Assembly: GCA_963767505.1 (NCBI GenBank)
Contig: CAVYDV010000008.1
Coordinates: 166,937 to 230,936, forward strand
DNA from: an uncultured Thermoleophilia bacterium
GTDB lineage: Bacteria; Actinomycetota; Thermoleophilia; UBA2241
Length of the DNA stretch: 64,000 nt
Direction: 5' to 3'
A program made the translations under genes and the position numbers. Shown piece by piece: positions 29,789-37,855 of this stretch. Within the stretch, counting starts at the first letter, position 1, and each line of letters begins with the position of its first letter. The notes under the pieces are model-generated. The model did not search any database. It was not told where the DNA came from and saw only the letters and a program-made list of their open reading frames with translations.

Positions 29789-30830
29789 GATCGGGAGCGT
29801 GGTGTTCCGTAGCGGCGGCAGGGTCCATGAGTTCGACGCCGGCAAGATGGAGCTCCGACTGGGCGACCGGGTCGTCGTCGACACCACGAAGGGGGCCGAT
29901 CTCGGCCGCCTGGTCAAGGGTCCCGAGGAGGTGCCGGCCGATCGGGCGCCACGGAGCCTCAAGAGGATCATCCGCAGGGCAACGCCAGACGATGAGCGTC
30001 TCGTCGAGTCGTATCGCCACATCGAGTGCGAGGCGAAGCGCGCCTGTCGCGACCTCGTCGCCGAGCTGGGGCTCGACATGAAGATCGTGGAGGCGCGCCA
30101 GGCTTTCGACGGAGGCAAGCTTACGATCACCTTCTTCGCGGAGGAGCGAGTCGACTTCCGCGGGCTCGTGAGTCGCCTGAACGAGCGGATCAAGCGTCGC
30201 GTCGAGCTGAGGCAGGTCAGCGCTCGCGAGGAGTCGCGGATGGTCGGCGGGTTCGGTCAGTGTGGTCGCAGCCTGTGTTGCGCCACGTTCGCCGGCAACC
30301 AGGAGCCCGTCTCCATCCGCATGGCCAAGGACCAGAGCCTGCCTCTCAACCCCACCAAGATCTCCGGCTGTTGCGGCCGTCTCATGTGCTGTCTCAAGTA
30401 CGAGCATCCGGTGTATGTGTCGTTCCGCAAGCGCGCCCCCAAGCGCGGGGCGATTGTCGCGACGCCCGGCGGGGAAGGAAGAGTCACGGACCTCCTGGCT
30501 CCGGTCGAGAGCGTCACTGTCGACCACGGCGAGGGGTGTTCCGCCACCTATCGGCTGGAGGATCTCGATCTCCCCGCTCGCCGAGAAGGAGTGACGATGA
30601 CCGCGACACAGGCGATCCTGGACGTGCCCGCCATCTCGTGTTCCCACTGCAAGATGGCCATCGAGGGCGCCGTCGGCGCCGTGGCCGGCGTCCAGCAGAC
30701 CGTCGTCGATGTGAGCGAGAAGAGCGTCACGATCGATTTCGACGCCGACCAGGTCACGCTCGACGCTCTGGAGGCCGCCGTGCGCGACGAGGGCTACGAA
30801 GTGGCTGGTCGGCGCGTGGTCGATCTCTGA
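29781..30830 (+). CDS. PSP1/RicT (YaaT)-domain protein continuous with a C-terminal HMA (CxxC) module; may be two genes (boundary at 30597)
   Basis: Track ORF, 349 aa. It has the PSP1 core with the Cys-rich block GQCGRSLCCATF...GCCGRLMCCLKYE. From ATG 30597, which is preceded by AAGGAG at 5 nt, it reads MTATQAILDVPAISCSHCKMAIEGAV...EGYEV, a CopZ-like HMA domain. A TGA in the +1 frame lies just before that ATG. Confidence 0.8.
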   Translation: MPRIGSVVFRSGGRVHEFDAGKMELRLGDRVVVDTTKGADLGRLVKGPEEVPADRAPRSLKRIIRRATPDDERLVESYRHIECEAKRACRDLVAELGLDMKIVEARQAFDGGKLTITFFAEERVDFRGLVSRLNERIKRRVELRQVSAREESRMVGGFGQCGRSLCCATFAGNQEPVSIRMAKDQSLPLNPTKISGCCGRLMCCLKYEHPVYVSFRKRAPKRGAIVATPGGEGRVTDLLAPVESVTVDHGEGCSATYRLEDLDLPARREGVTMTATQAILDVPAISCSHCKMAIEGAVGAVAGVQQTVVDVSEKSVTIDFDADQVTLDALEAAVRDEGYEVAGRRVVDL

Positions 30831-30899
30831 GTCGTGTCCCGCCCGCCGCGACGTTTGGCAAGACCGTGGCGGGCTGGTACGATGGCGCCCCGCGCACGT

Positions 30900-30975
30900 G
30901 GGCCGTTAGCTTAGCTGGTAGAGCAGGGGACTCTTAATCCCAAGGTCGAAGGTTCGAATCCTTCACGGCCCACCA
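30900..30975 (+). tRNA. tRNA-Lys (anticodon CUU), CCA encoded
   Basis: GGGCCGTTAGCTTAGCTGGTAGAGCAGGGGACTCTTAATCCCAAGGTCGAAGGTTCGAATCCTTCACGGCCCACCA. The anticodon loop is CTCTTAA. Confidence 0.95.
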
Positions 30976-31002
30976 GCCTCTCGCGAAGCTCCTGCAGACG
31001 AG

Positions 31003-31317
31003 CTACTTCCGGGGTGCCGGGCCGCATGCCCCGGAGGGCCGGGGCGTGCGTCCATCCTGCTGAGCTTCAGAGTGCGACCGGCGCCAGCGCTCAGCGGCTG
31101 CGGGGTGTGCCGGGCAGAGGGTCACCTGCTCCCCCTCGGCGTCGATGACGCGGTAGTCACGCGGGGCCGTCGCTCGAGGTCCGATGCCGCGATTGCTGCC
31201 GTCGAGCGCCAGAGCGACAGCCATGGCCACAGCCTCTTGGCGAGTCTCATACTCAGTCGGCAACGTCTTCCATCCGAGCGTGAGCTCGATCGACTTCTCC
31301 TGCAGTCTGTAGGTCAT
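31003..31317 (-). CDS. Orphan hypothetical ORF immediately downstream of the integrase fragment
   Basis: This is the 104-codon tail of track ORF 31003..31632(-), starting at ATG 31317, 2 nt after the integrase-fragment stop. I find no recognisable family. Coding status is uncertain. Confidence 0.25.
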   Translation of the reverse strand: MTYRLQEKSIELTLGWKTLPTEYETRQEAVAMAVALALDGSNRGIGPRATAPRDYRVIDAEGEQVTLCPAHPAAAERWRRSHSEAQQDGRTPRPSGACGPAPRK

Positions 31318-31319
31318 GA

Positions 31320-31541
31320 TCAGGCCCTCCCATCCGCAGGCGCCGCCACCATCTCCGCCGCCGACTCCTGCATGTCTGGGAGGACGTGACCGAACGTATG
31401 CATCGTGATGACGGTACTTGCGTGTCCGAGCCGTTCCTGGACGATCTGCGGATGGACGGCGGCACGCAGAGCGAGCGTCGCCCACGTGTGTCGCAGCTCG
31501 TGCAGCCTGAGCGGCGGCCTGTCGGCAGAGGGGCGTAGCAT
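31320..31541 (-). pseudogene. 3' fragment of a tyrosine recombinase (phage-type integrase)
   Basis: Track ORF 31320..31541(-) reads ...PPLRLHELRHTWATLAL...VQERLGHASTVITMHTFGHV, the C-terminal catalytic region (HxLRH ... LGH-x5-T-x3-Y-x-H). The position of the catalytic Tyr reads Phe. The frame is closed by a TGA just upstream and no N-terminal or core domain is present. It lies 345 nt from tRNA-Lys. Confidence 0.7.
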
Positions 31542-31694
31542 AGCCGTGGGTCAAGCGAAGAGCAACGGCGATGGTACGCGATCGCCGACCTCGGGCTGCC
31601 GACTGTGCGCGCACCGGCCATGCGGATATCATGCGGACTGGAGCGGATGGGGAGCGGCCGCAGCGCTCCCAGCGACGATGGAGGACCGCAGAGC

Positions 31695-31900
31695 ATGGAT
31701 GATGTGCTGGGAGTGATCGTGCAGGTGGCGGCCCTCGTGTTCGTGGTCTCCTCCATGCTGGCGATGGGCCTGAGCCTCACGATCACGCAGATCGTCGCCC
31801 CGCTCAAGAAGCTCAGGCTGGTGGTCGTGGCCCTGGTGCTCAACTTCGCCCTCGCCCCGCTGCTCGTCTGGGCCATCCAGGCGCTGCTCACCGTCGACGA
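31695..31900 (+). pseudogene. N-terminal fragment (about 70 codons) of a bile-acid:sodium symporter (BASS/SBF)-family transporter
   Basis: Within track ORF 31605..31976. GGAGG lies 10 nt before ATG 31695. MDDVLGVIVQVAALVFVVSSMLAMGLSLTITQIVAPLKKLRLVVVALVLNFALAPLLVWAI matches the first two helices of SBF-like transporters. The similarity then stops abruptly. Confidence 0.5.
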
Positions 31901-32474
31901 AGCCGGTGCCGATGTCATCGCCCCAGATGAACTCGACTACGCGTTCGATAGCACCGACGTAAGAGCAACGCCATGAAGCCTGCCCCCGTCGCGCCGGACC
32001 CAGAACCACTTCGAACGCGCGAAAGGCTGTCTGCCTCCGTTAGGACGTCCTCCGCGGTCGCATCGCTTGGCTGTGTTCGAGCATTCTGGCATATGCGCAA
32101 CCTCTGCACCACTGAGGAACAGCGCGGAGCCGTGGATGCTCGTCCGGGGTCGACCCCTGCTCCTCGTGCCTGCGCGGGGAGACCAACGGGTCTGGACAAG
32201 CTCCGCCCGAAATCGGGTAGGAGTGGGCAGAAGGAAGCGAGCGCACTCCAGGGAAGAGTAGGCTCAGATGAGACGAGAGCCGGACAGGGTAGGAGCCGAC
32301 GCAACGACCGTGGCCCATCCCTGACCTCGTGGTCGCGGGCGCGGATACATCTCGGCCTGCACCGGTCCGGTCTGGGGCCCTCGTTCGAGGCGGTCGTCAG
32401 TTGCCCGCCCGTTCGCCCCTCTGCTATCGTCTGTCGAGATATGGTGATGGTCGTGCAACCGCTGTGAGCAAGGC

Positions 32475-33293
32475 ATGGACGTGTCGGACAGGCAAATAGG
32501 CCCAACGGTGGGTCCGTACTTGGACGACACGCGCTTCTCGATCACCCCACGCGCCGCGGAGGACGTCCTTCGCCAGGGATTCCTGATGCTCGCCACCTAC
32601 GCCGCCTACGACTTCTCGCGGACGCTCGTCAAGGGTCGCCAGACGGTCGCCATGGAGAACGGCACCTTCTTCATGAATCTCGAGAAGGCCCTGGGCATGT
32701 ACTGGGAGCCGTGGATCCAGGCGCGGATCAGCGCCGTCGATCCGCTCATGAGCTTCCTCATCTGGGCCTACGACAGCTTCCATCTGCCGTTCATCATCGG
32801 GTCCCTGATATGGGTGTTCACGCAGCATCGCGATCGCTGGACGCTCTTCCGCAACTGGTTCCTGGGGATGAACTTCATGGCCCTCGTGATGTTCTACCTG
32901 CTGCCCACCGCGCCACCGCGGATGATCTTCACCTCGGGCATGGTCGATAGTCACTATCTGCACGGGGTGCGCTCCGAGATCTTCGACAACGGCATCTTGG
33001 GGAACCCGTACGCCGCCATGCCCAGCCTGCACTTCGGCTACGCGCTCTTCGTGGCGCTGATCCTCTGCCTGCTCGTTCGTCAGCGCTGGCTGCGCTGGGG
33101 AGCGTTCGCGTATCCGGTCCTCGTGCTGGTGAGCATCGTGGCGACCGGCAATCACTTCATCATCGACGCAGTCGCGGGCGGACTGGTGGTGCTGGCCGCG
33201 TACGTCTTCGCCGTGAACCTGCGGGCCGGCCAGTCCGGCAAGCTGATCGAGCCCGAACCGGCGGTCGTCCCTGTGCACGAACGCGACGGCTGA
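32475..33293 (+). CDS. PAP2-superfamily membrane protein (PAP2_3 / inositol-phosphotransferase-like)
   Basis: Track ORF, 272 aa, intact. It is polytopic, with APPRM...PSLHFGYALF...ATGNHFIIDAVAG, a PAP2-like phosphatase motif set (SxH ... NH..D). Confidence 0.75.
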   Translation: MDVSDRQIGPTVGPYLDDTRFSITPRAAEDVLRQGFLMLATYAAYDFSRTLVKGRQTVAMENGTFFMNLEKALGMYWEPWIQARISAVDPLMSFLIWAYDSFHLPFIIGSLIWVFTQHRDRWTLFRNWFLGMNFMALVMFYLLPTAPPRMIFTSGMVDSHYLHGVRSEIFDNGILGNPYAAMPSLHFGYALFVALILCLLVRQRWLRWGAFAYPVLVLVSIVATGNHFIIDAVAGGLVVLAAYVFAVNLRAGQSGKLIEPEPAVVPVHERDG

Positions 33294-33294
33294 C

Positions 33295-33903
33295 GTGACG
33301 GATCTCAAGACGCGCTACACGGACGGAGCTCGTCGCCGCTTCTTCAAGGTCGGCGTCGTGCTCGCCGGTCTCGGCGTCACGGCCGACATGCTCACCATCA
33401 CCGGCCTTCTTCTGCACGCCGTGGCGGTGCCGTTCATCGTCACCGGGCACTTCGTCACGGCGGCGGTCATCTCGGTCATCGCCGGCGTCTGCGATGCACT
33501 CGACGGCGCTGTGGCTCGGGCCGGGATCGGCGCCAGCAAGGCCGGGGCCTTCCTCGATTCGACCACCGATCGCATGTCCGAGATGCTGATCTGGGGCGCC
33601 CTGGTCATCTACATGGCCCGCCACGAACGCTGGTACGAGTGTGTCGCGGTGCTCGTCGCCATGGGGGCCGCCCAGCTCGTCTCGTACACGCGAGCCCGCG
33701 CCGAGGCGCTGGGCGTCGAATGCAAGGTCGGCCTGATGTCGCGTCCGGAGCGGATCGTCGTGCTCAACGTGGGGTTCCTGTTCTCCGCATGGTCCATCGG
33801 CGGTGTGAGCATCCTCACTATCGCCATCTACGCTCTCGCCGTGCTCACATCGGTGACCGTAGCTCAGCGGATGCGCCACGTCATGGGCACGCTGCGTCCC
33901 TGA
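33295..33903 (+). CDS. CDP-alcohol phosphatidyltransferase (phosphatidylinositol-phosphate synthase-like)
   Basis: Track ORF, 202 aa, intact. The GTG start is 1 nt after the PAP2 stop. It has the signature DALDGAVAR...GAFLDSTTDRMSE (D-x2-D-G-x2-A-R ... G-x3-D-x3-D). Confidence 0.85.
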   Translation: MTDLKTRYTDGARRRFFKVGVVLAGLGVTADMLTITGLLLHAVAVPFIVTGHFVTAAVISVIAGVCDALDGAVARAGIGASKAGAFLDSTTDRMSEMLIWGALVIYMARHERWYECVAVLVAMGAAQLVSYTRARAEALGVECKVGLMSRPERIVVLNVGFLFSAWSIGGVSILTIAIYALAVLTSVTVAQRMRHVMGTLRP

Positions 33904-34068
33904 GGACGATGCCCTCCGGCTGACGCGGAGGCCTGCGGCGTGCGCCACACGGCCCGTGATATACTCTCGCGCGTTGGCGCGAGCTCGCCCGGATCGTTCT
34001 GAGATCCCGCGAGCTCTGCGCATGAAGGCGGCCACTGAACGGCCGCAGAGAGCGGAGGTACACCAGTC

Positions 34069-35172
34069 TTGGGCAATCCAGTACGCGTGGCGATCATCGG
34101 CGTCGGCAACTGTGCGTCGTCGTTCGTGCAGGGCGTGGACTTCTACAAGAACGCCAGGAAGACGGACTTCGTCCCCGGCCTCATGCACCCCGTGGTCGGG
34201 GGCTATCACGTCCGCGACATCGAGTTCGTGGCGGCCATCGACATCGACAAGAACAAGGTCGGGAAGGACCTCAGCGAGGCCATCTTCACGAAGCCGAACA
34301 ACACCGTGAAGTTCTGCGACGTCCCCAAGAAGGACGTCAAGGTGGCCAGGGGCATGACGCACGACGGGCTCGGCAAGTACCTCTCGGAGATCATCGAGAA
34401 GGCTCCCGGCCCGACCGCCGACATCGTCGGCATCCTTCGCGAGACCCAGGCCGACGTGGTCGTCAACTACCTGCCCGTCGGCAGCGAAGAAGCCACGAAG
34501 TGGTACACGGAGCAGATCCTCACCGCGGGTTGCGCGATGGTCAATTGCATTCCCGTGTTCATCGCGCGCGAGCCGTACTGGCAGAAGCGCTTCGTCGAGG
34601 CCGGCGTCCCGGTGATCGGCGACGACATCAAGAGCCAGGTCGGCGCCACCATCGTCCATCGCGTACTCACGCGCCTCATGCGCGAGCGTGGCGTGCGGCT
34701 CGAGCGCACCAGCCAGCTCAACGTGGGTGGCAACACCGACTTCCTCAACATGCTCGAGCGCGAGCGGCTGGAGTCCAAGAAGATCAGCAAGACCAACGCC
34801 GTCACGAGCCAGCTCGACTACGACATGGGCGCCAAGAACGTCCACATCGGCCCGAGCGACTACGTGGAGTGGCTCGACGACCGCAAGTGGGCCTACATCC
34901 GCATGGAGGGCCGTACCTTCGGCGACGTTCCGCTCAACATCGAGCTCAAGCTCGAGGTGGTCGACTCGCCCAACTCTGCGGGCATCGTCATCGACGCGGT
35001 CCGCTGCGCCAAGATCGGCATGGACCGCGGCCTGGCGGGGGCGCTCGAGGGGCCGAGCAGCTACTTCATGAAGTCGCCGCCGGTGCAGCATCCGGACGAC
35101 CAGTGCCGCCAGATGACCGAGGGCTTCATACGCGGCGAGGGTCCCGGGGCGACCGCCGTCTGCCAGGGCTGA
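34069..35172 (+). CDS. ino1: myo-Inositol-1-phosphate synthase
   Basis: Track ORF, 367 aa, intact. The TTG start has GGAGG 10 nt upstream. [18 protein letters not shown]...VNYLPVGS...[12 protein letters not shown]...[11 protein letters not shown]... is typical of the short bacterial/archaeal MIPS. Confidence 0.95.
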   Translation: MGNPVRVAIIGVGNCASSFVQGVDFYKNARKTDFVPGLMHPVVGGYHVRDIEFVAAIDIDKNKVGKDLSEAIFTKPNNTVKFCDVPKKDVKVARGMTHDGLGKYLSEIIEKAPGPTADIVGILRETQADVVVNYLPVGSEEATKWYTEQILTAGCAMVNCIPVFIAREPYWQKRFVEAGVPVIGDDIKSQVGATIVHRVLTRLMRERGVRLERTSQLNVGGNTDFLNMLERERLESKKISKTNAVTSQLDYDMGAKNVHIGPSDYVEWLDDRKWAYIRMEGRTFGDVPLNIELKLEVVDSPNSAGIVIDAVRCAKIGMDRGLAGALEGPSSYFMKSPPVQHPDDQCRQMTEGFIRGEGPGATAVCQG

Positions 35173-35183
35173 GTCCCTCGCGA

Positions 35184-35218
35184 TACCGCAGCGCAGCCTC
35201 GTGCGTGGCGCTGCGGTA
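35184..35218 (+). other. Perfect 11-bp GC-rich hairpin between the ino1 stop and the pimA-PHP start
   Basis: TACCGCAGCGC (35184-35194), a 13-nt loop, then GCGCTGCGGTA (35208-35218). The right arm ends 2 nt before ATG 35221. There is no U-tract. Confidence 0.5.
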
Positions 35219-35220
35219 GC

Positions 35221-37203
35221 ATGGCGGTCATGAGGCGCAAGATAGGCATCCTGACGCCGTTCGTCTGGACGGCGCCGTCCGGCGTGAACCGCCAGGTGAG
35301 GGACCTGGCCGCTCGGCTCGTGGCGCGCGGGCACGTGGTGACCGTCATCGCCCCCAGCGCCGATCTCGCCCAGGTCGAGGACGCCAGGCGGCGCGTGGAG
35401 GCCGTGCTCACCGGGGAGCGCGAGTCGGTGTTCCTCGCCGACGAGCCGTCGCCGCGGTACTTCTTCGCGGGGGCCACGTACGGGGTGCGCTACAGCAGCA
35501 GCATCAAGCTGATCGCGGCACCCGCCGATCTGATGGCCAACATCGACGTCCTTCTTGAGGCGGAGGACTTCGACGTGCTGCACCTCATCGAGCCGTTCGT
35601 ACCCGGTCTGGGCTGGACCACCGTGCGCAATGCAAGCTGCCCACTGGTGGCGACGTTCCACGCCAATCCGGAACCCCTCACGCCCTTCTGGGCCACCCGG
35701 CCGCAGTTGCGCCGCCTGTTCGACTCGCTCGATGCTCCCATCGCCTCCTCGCAGGCGTCGCGTGACGCGGCAGCGACCGTCTTTCCGGGCGCCTATCGCG
35801 TGATCCCGCCGGGCGTCGATCTGGAGCGCTTCCGGCCCGGCGGCGCGAGAGAGCCGGGCCCGATGCGCCTGCTGTTCGCCGCCGCGGAATCGCGCCGCAA
35901 GGGACTGGGCGTGCTCCTGCGCGCCCTTCGCCTCCTCGAGGACCGCGCCGGTGAGCTCACGCTCGACGTCTGCGGCGCAGACAGCCAGATCCGGCGCTAT
36001 GCGCGTCTCGTCCCGCCGGCCTTCGAGGGGAGCGTGGTCTTCCACGGTCGCGTCTCGGAGGAGGGCATGGCGGATCTGTACCGGCGCGCGGACGTCTTCT
36101 GTGCTCCGTCGCTGGGCCCGGAGACGGCCGGCATGGCTCTGCTGGAGGCCATGGCCAGTGGTGACGCGGTCGTGGCCTCGCGCGTGCGCGGCTTCGATGA
36201 GGTGGTCCACGACGAGGTGGAAGGACTGCTCGTGGTGCCGCGCCGGCCGCGCTCTCTGGCGGCAGCTCTGCGGCGCCTGCTCGACGAGCCGTCCCTCTGC
36301 GCGAGCCTTGCTGGAGAGGGGTTGCGCAGCGTGCGCAAGTACGACTGGGACCGGGTCGCGGGCGCCATCGAGAGCGTGTACGAGGAGGTCGCGGCGCGCA
36401 GGCGCCAGCCGCTGCCGCGCCGCCGTCGCCAGCAGCGCGAGGTGTTCGCGGATTTCCACATCCACTCCCATCACAGCAAGGACTGCGTGATGCAGGTCGC
36501 CGACATCCTCGAGCGGGCCCGTGAGGTCGGACTCGACGTGATCGCGATCACCGACCACGACACGGCCGAGGGCGGTCTGGAGGCGCGCGAAGTAGCGGAT
36601 CGCTACGGAGTGCGCGTCATCGTTGGAGAGGAGGTCAAGACCAGCGAAGGGGAGGTCGTCGGCCTCTTCCTCGAGAAGACCATCCCCGGGGGGATGACGT
36701 TCGCGGCGACCATCGAGGCGATCAAGGAGCAGGGCGGCATCGTCTATGTGCCGCACCCGTTCGACCGTCTGCACACGATCCCCAGCCCTCGCGTGCTGCG
36801 CGCCAACGTTGCGGGCATCGACGTGCTCGAGGTGTTCAACTCGCGTCTGGCCTTCCCGGGGTTCAACGAGCTGGCGGAACGCTTCGCCCAGCGCTATCGG
36901 ATCCCGGCGGCGGCGGGCAGCGACTCGCACGTGCTGCCGGGCATCGGCACGGCTCTCTGCGGAATGGACGACTTCGAAGGACCGCACGATTTCGTCGCGG
37001 CTCTGGCCGAGAGCCGGATCGTGCGGCGGCCGCGCAGCCGGCTGTATCTGCAGTCCCTGAAGCTCCTTCAGACGACGATCGTCGGGACCAGGCAAGGCCG
37101 GCGAAGACCAAGAGCCGCCCGGATAGGCCGGACCCGCGCCGAAGTCGGTGGACGAGTCCGACAGCGCGCGAGGGATTTGCCGGCCTGGCGGCGAACTACC
37201 TAG
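35221..37203 (+). CDS. GT4 glycosyltransferase (PimA-like phosphatidylinositol mannosyltransferase) fused to a C-terminal PHP-family phosphoesterase domain
   Basis: Track ORF, 660 aa, no frame breaks. The N-terminal 400 aa has FDVLHLIEPFVP, PLVATFHAN, IPPGVD and FCAPSLGPETAGMALLEAMASGDAVVAS (the GT-B EX7E region), matching the PimA pattern. The C-terminal 240 aa has FADFHIHSHHSKD...VIAITDHDT...VYVPHPFD...GSDSH, the PHP metal-binding motifs. Confidence 0.85.
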   Translation: MAVMRRKIGILTPFVWTAPSGVNRQVRDLAARLVARGHVVTVIAPSADLAQVEDARRRVEAVLTGERESVFLADEPSPRYFFAGATYGVRYSSSIKLIAAPADLMANIDVLLEAEDFDVLHLIEPFVPGLGWTTVRNASCPLVATFHANPEPLTPFWATRPQLRRLFDSLDAPIASSQASRDAAATVFPGAYRVIPPGVDLERFRPGGAREPGPMRLLFAAAESRRKGLGVLLRALRLLEDRAGELTLDVCGADSQIRRYARLVPPAFEGSVVFHGRVSEEGMADLYRRADVFCAPSLGPETAGMALLEAMASGDAVVASRVRGFDEVVHDEVEGLLVVPRRPRSLAAALRRLLDEPSLCASLAGEGLRSVRKYDWDRVAGAIESVYEEVAARRRQPLPRRRRQQREVFADFHIHSHHSKDCVMQVADILERAREVGLDVIAITDHDTAEGGLEAREVADRYGVRVIVGEEVKTSEGEVVGLFLEKTIPGGMTFAATIEAIKEQGGIVYVPHPFDRLHTIPSPRVLRANVAGIDVLEVFNSRLAFPGFNELAERFAQRYRIPAAAGSDSHVLPGIGTALCGMDDFEGPHDFVAALAESRIVRRPRSRLYLQSLKLLQTTIVGTRQGRRRPRAARIGRTRAEVGGRVRQRARDLPAWRRTT

Positions 37204-37227
37204 CAGCAACTCGAGCCGAGGTATCGC

Positions 37228-37830
37228 GTGGCGCAACCCAACGAGATCTACGACAAGTACTTGACCCGAGCCATCTCGGAGATCAACGAGCTGACCGGCG
37301 AGATCCTGAGGTGCTCCCGCTGCCGCCACGCACGAGTCATGCCGGTGATCGGCTCGGGTCACCCGATGGCCGACATCTTCCTCCTCAAGTATCAGGCGCG
37401 TCCCTCCGAACTGCACGAGGGCGTGGCGTTCTTCGGTCGGAGCGGCGCCGCCCTCATGAAGAGCTGCCAGCGGCTGAAGATAGACCCGCTTCAGCTGTAC
37501 GGCACGAACGTCGTCAAGTGCGGAGACGTGCAGGAGACGCGACCGGAGAGCAAATGCCTGGAGCATCTTCACCGCGAACTGGCGGCCGTGAACCCCAAGC
37601 TCATCGTGGCGATGGGGGAGGAGACGGTGGCGGCCCTGAACGACGCGGACGTACCGATCGGTCGGCAGCTCGAGTACAGACCCGGCGAGATCCTCGACTT
37701 CACGCCGGGCACCCAGGCTCTCATCACCCCGGACATCGATGCATCTCTCGACGAGCAGCGCCTCAAAGCCGAGTTCTGGCAAGCCTTCCGCAGGCTCGGT
37801 GAGTGGTACGAGAGCATCCCGCCGTACTGA
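37228..37830 (+). CDS. Uracil-DNA glycosylase superfamily protein (family 4/5-like)
   Basis: Track ORF, 200 aa, GTG start, intact. It contains CSRC...GSGHPMADIFLL...GVAFFGRSGAAL...NVVKC... Confidence 0.75.
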   Translation: MAQPNEIYDKYLTRAISEINELTGEILRCSRCRHARVMPVIGSGHPMADIFLLKYQARPSELHEGVAFFGRSGAALMKSCQRLKIDPLQLYGTNVVKCGDVQETRPESKCLEHLHRELAAVNPKLIVAMGEETVAALNDADVPIGRQLEYRPGEILDFTPGTQALITPDIDASLDEQRLKAEFWQAFRRLGEWYESIPPY

Positions 37831-37855
37831 GGCGGGGAGCCGCCTCGCGCTTGCC

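Noticed and set aside
31976-32474. Possible tmRNA, SRP RNA, RNase P RNA or riboswitch in the long non-coding stretch.
   Set aside because: I could not find the tRNA-like 3' end (GGTTCGAATCC...CCACCA) or a tag ORF of tmRNA. The GGAAGCAGCC-type SRP motif is only loosely matched (cagaaggaagcgagc). There is no RNase P GAGGAAAGTCC box and no B12, TPP or SAM core. It is reported only as unexplained non-coding DNA.
30976-32500. Direct repeat of the tRNA-Lys 3' end that would delimit an integrated element (attL/attR).
   Set aside because: By eye, only a ttcgaa hexamer recurs (about 32011). I found no match of 12 nt or more to ggttcgaatccttcacggcccacca. A computational repeat search is needed, so no element boundaries are claimed.
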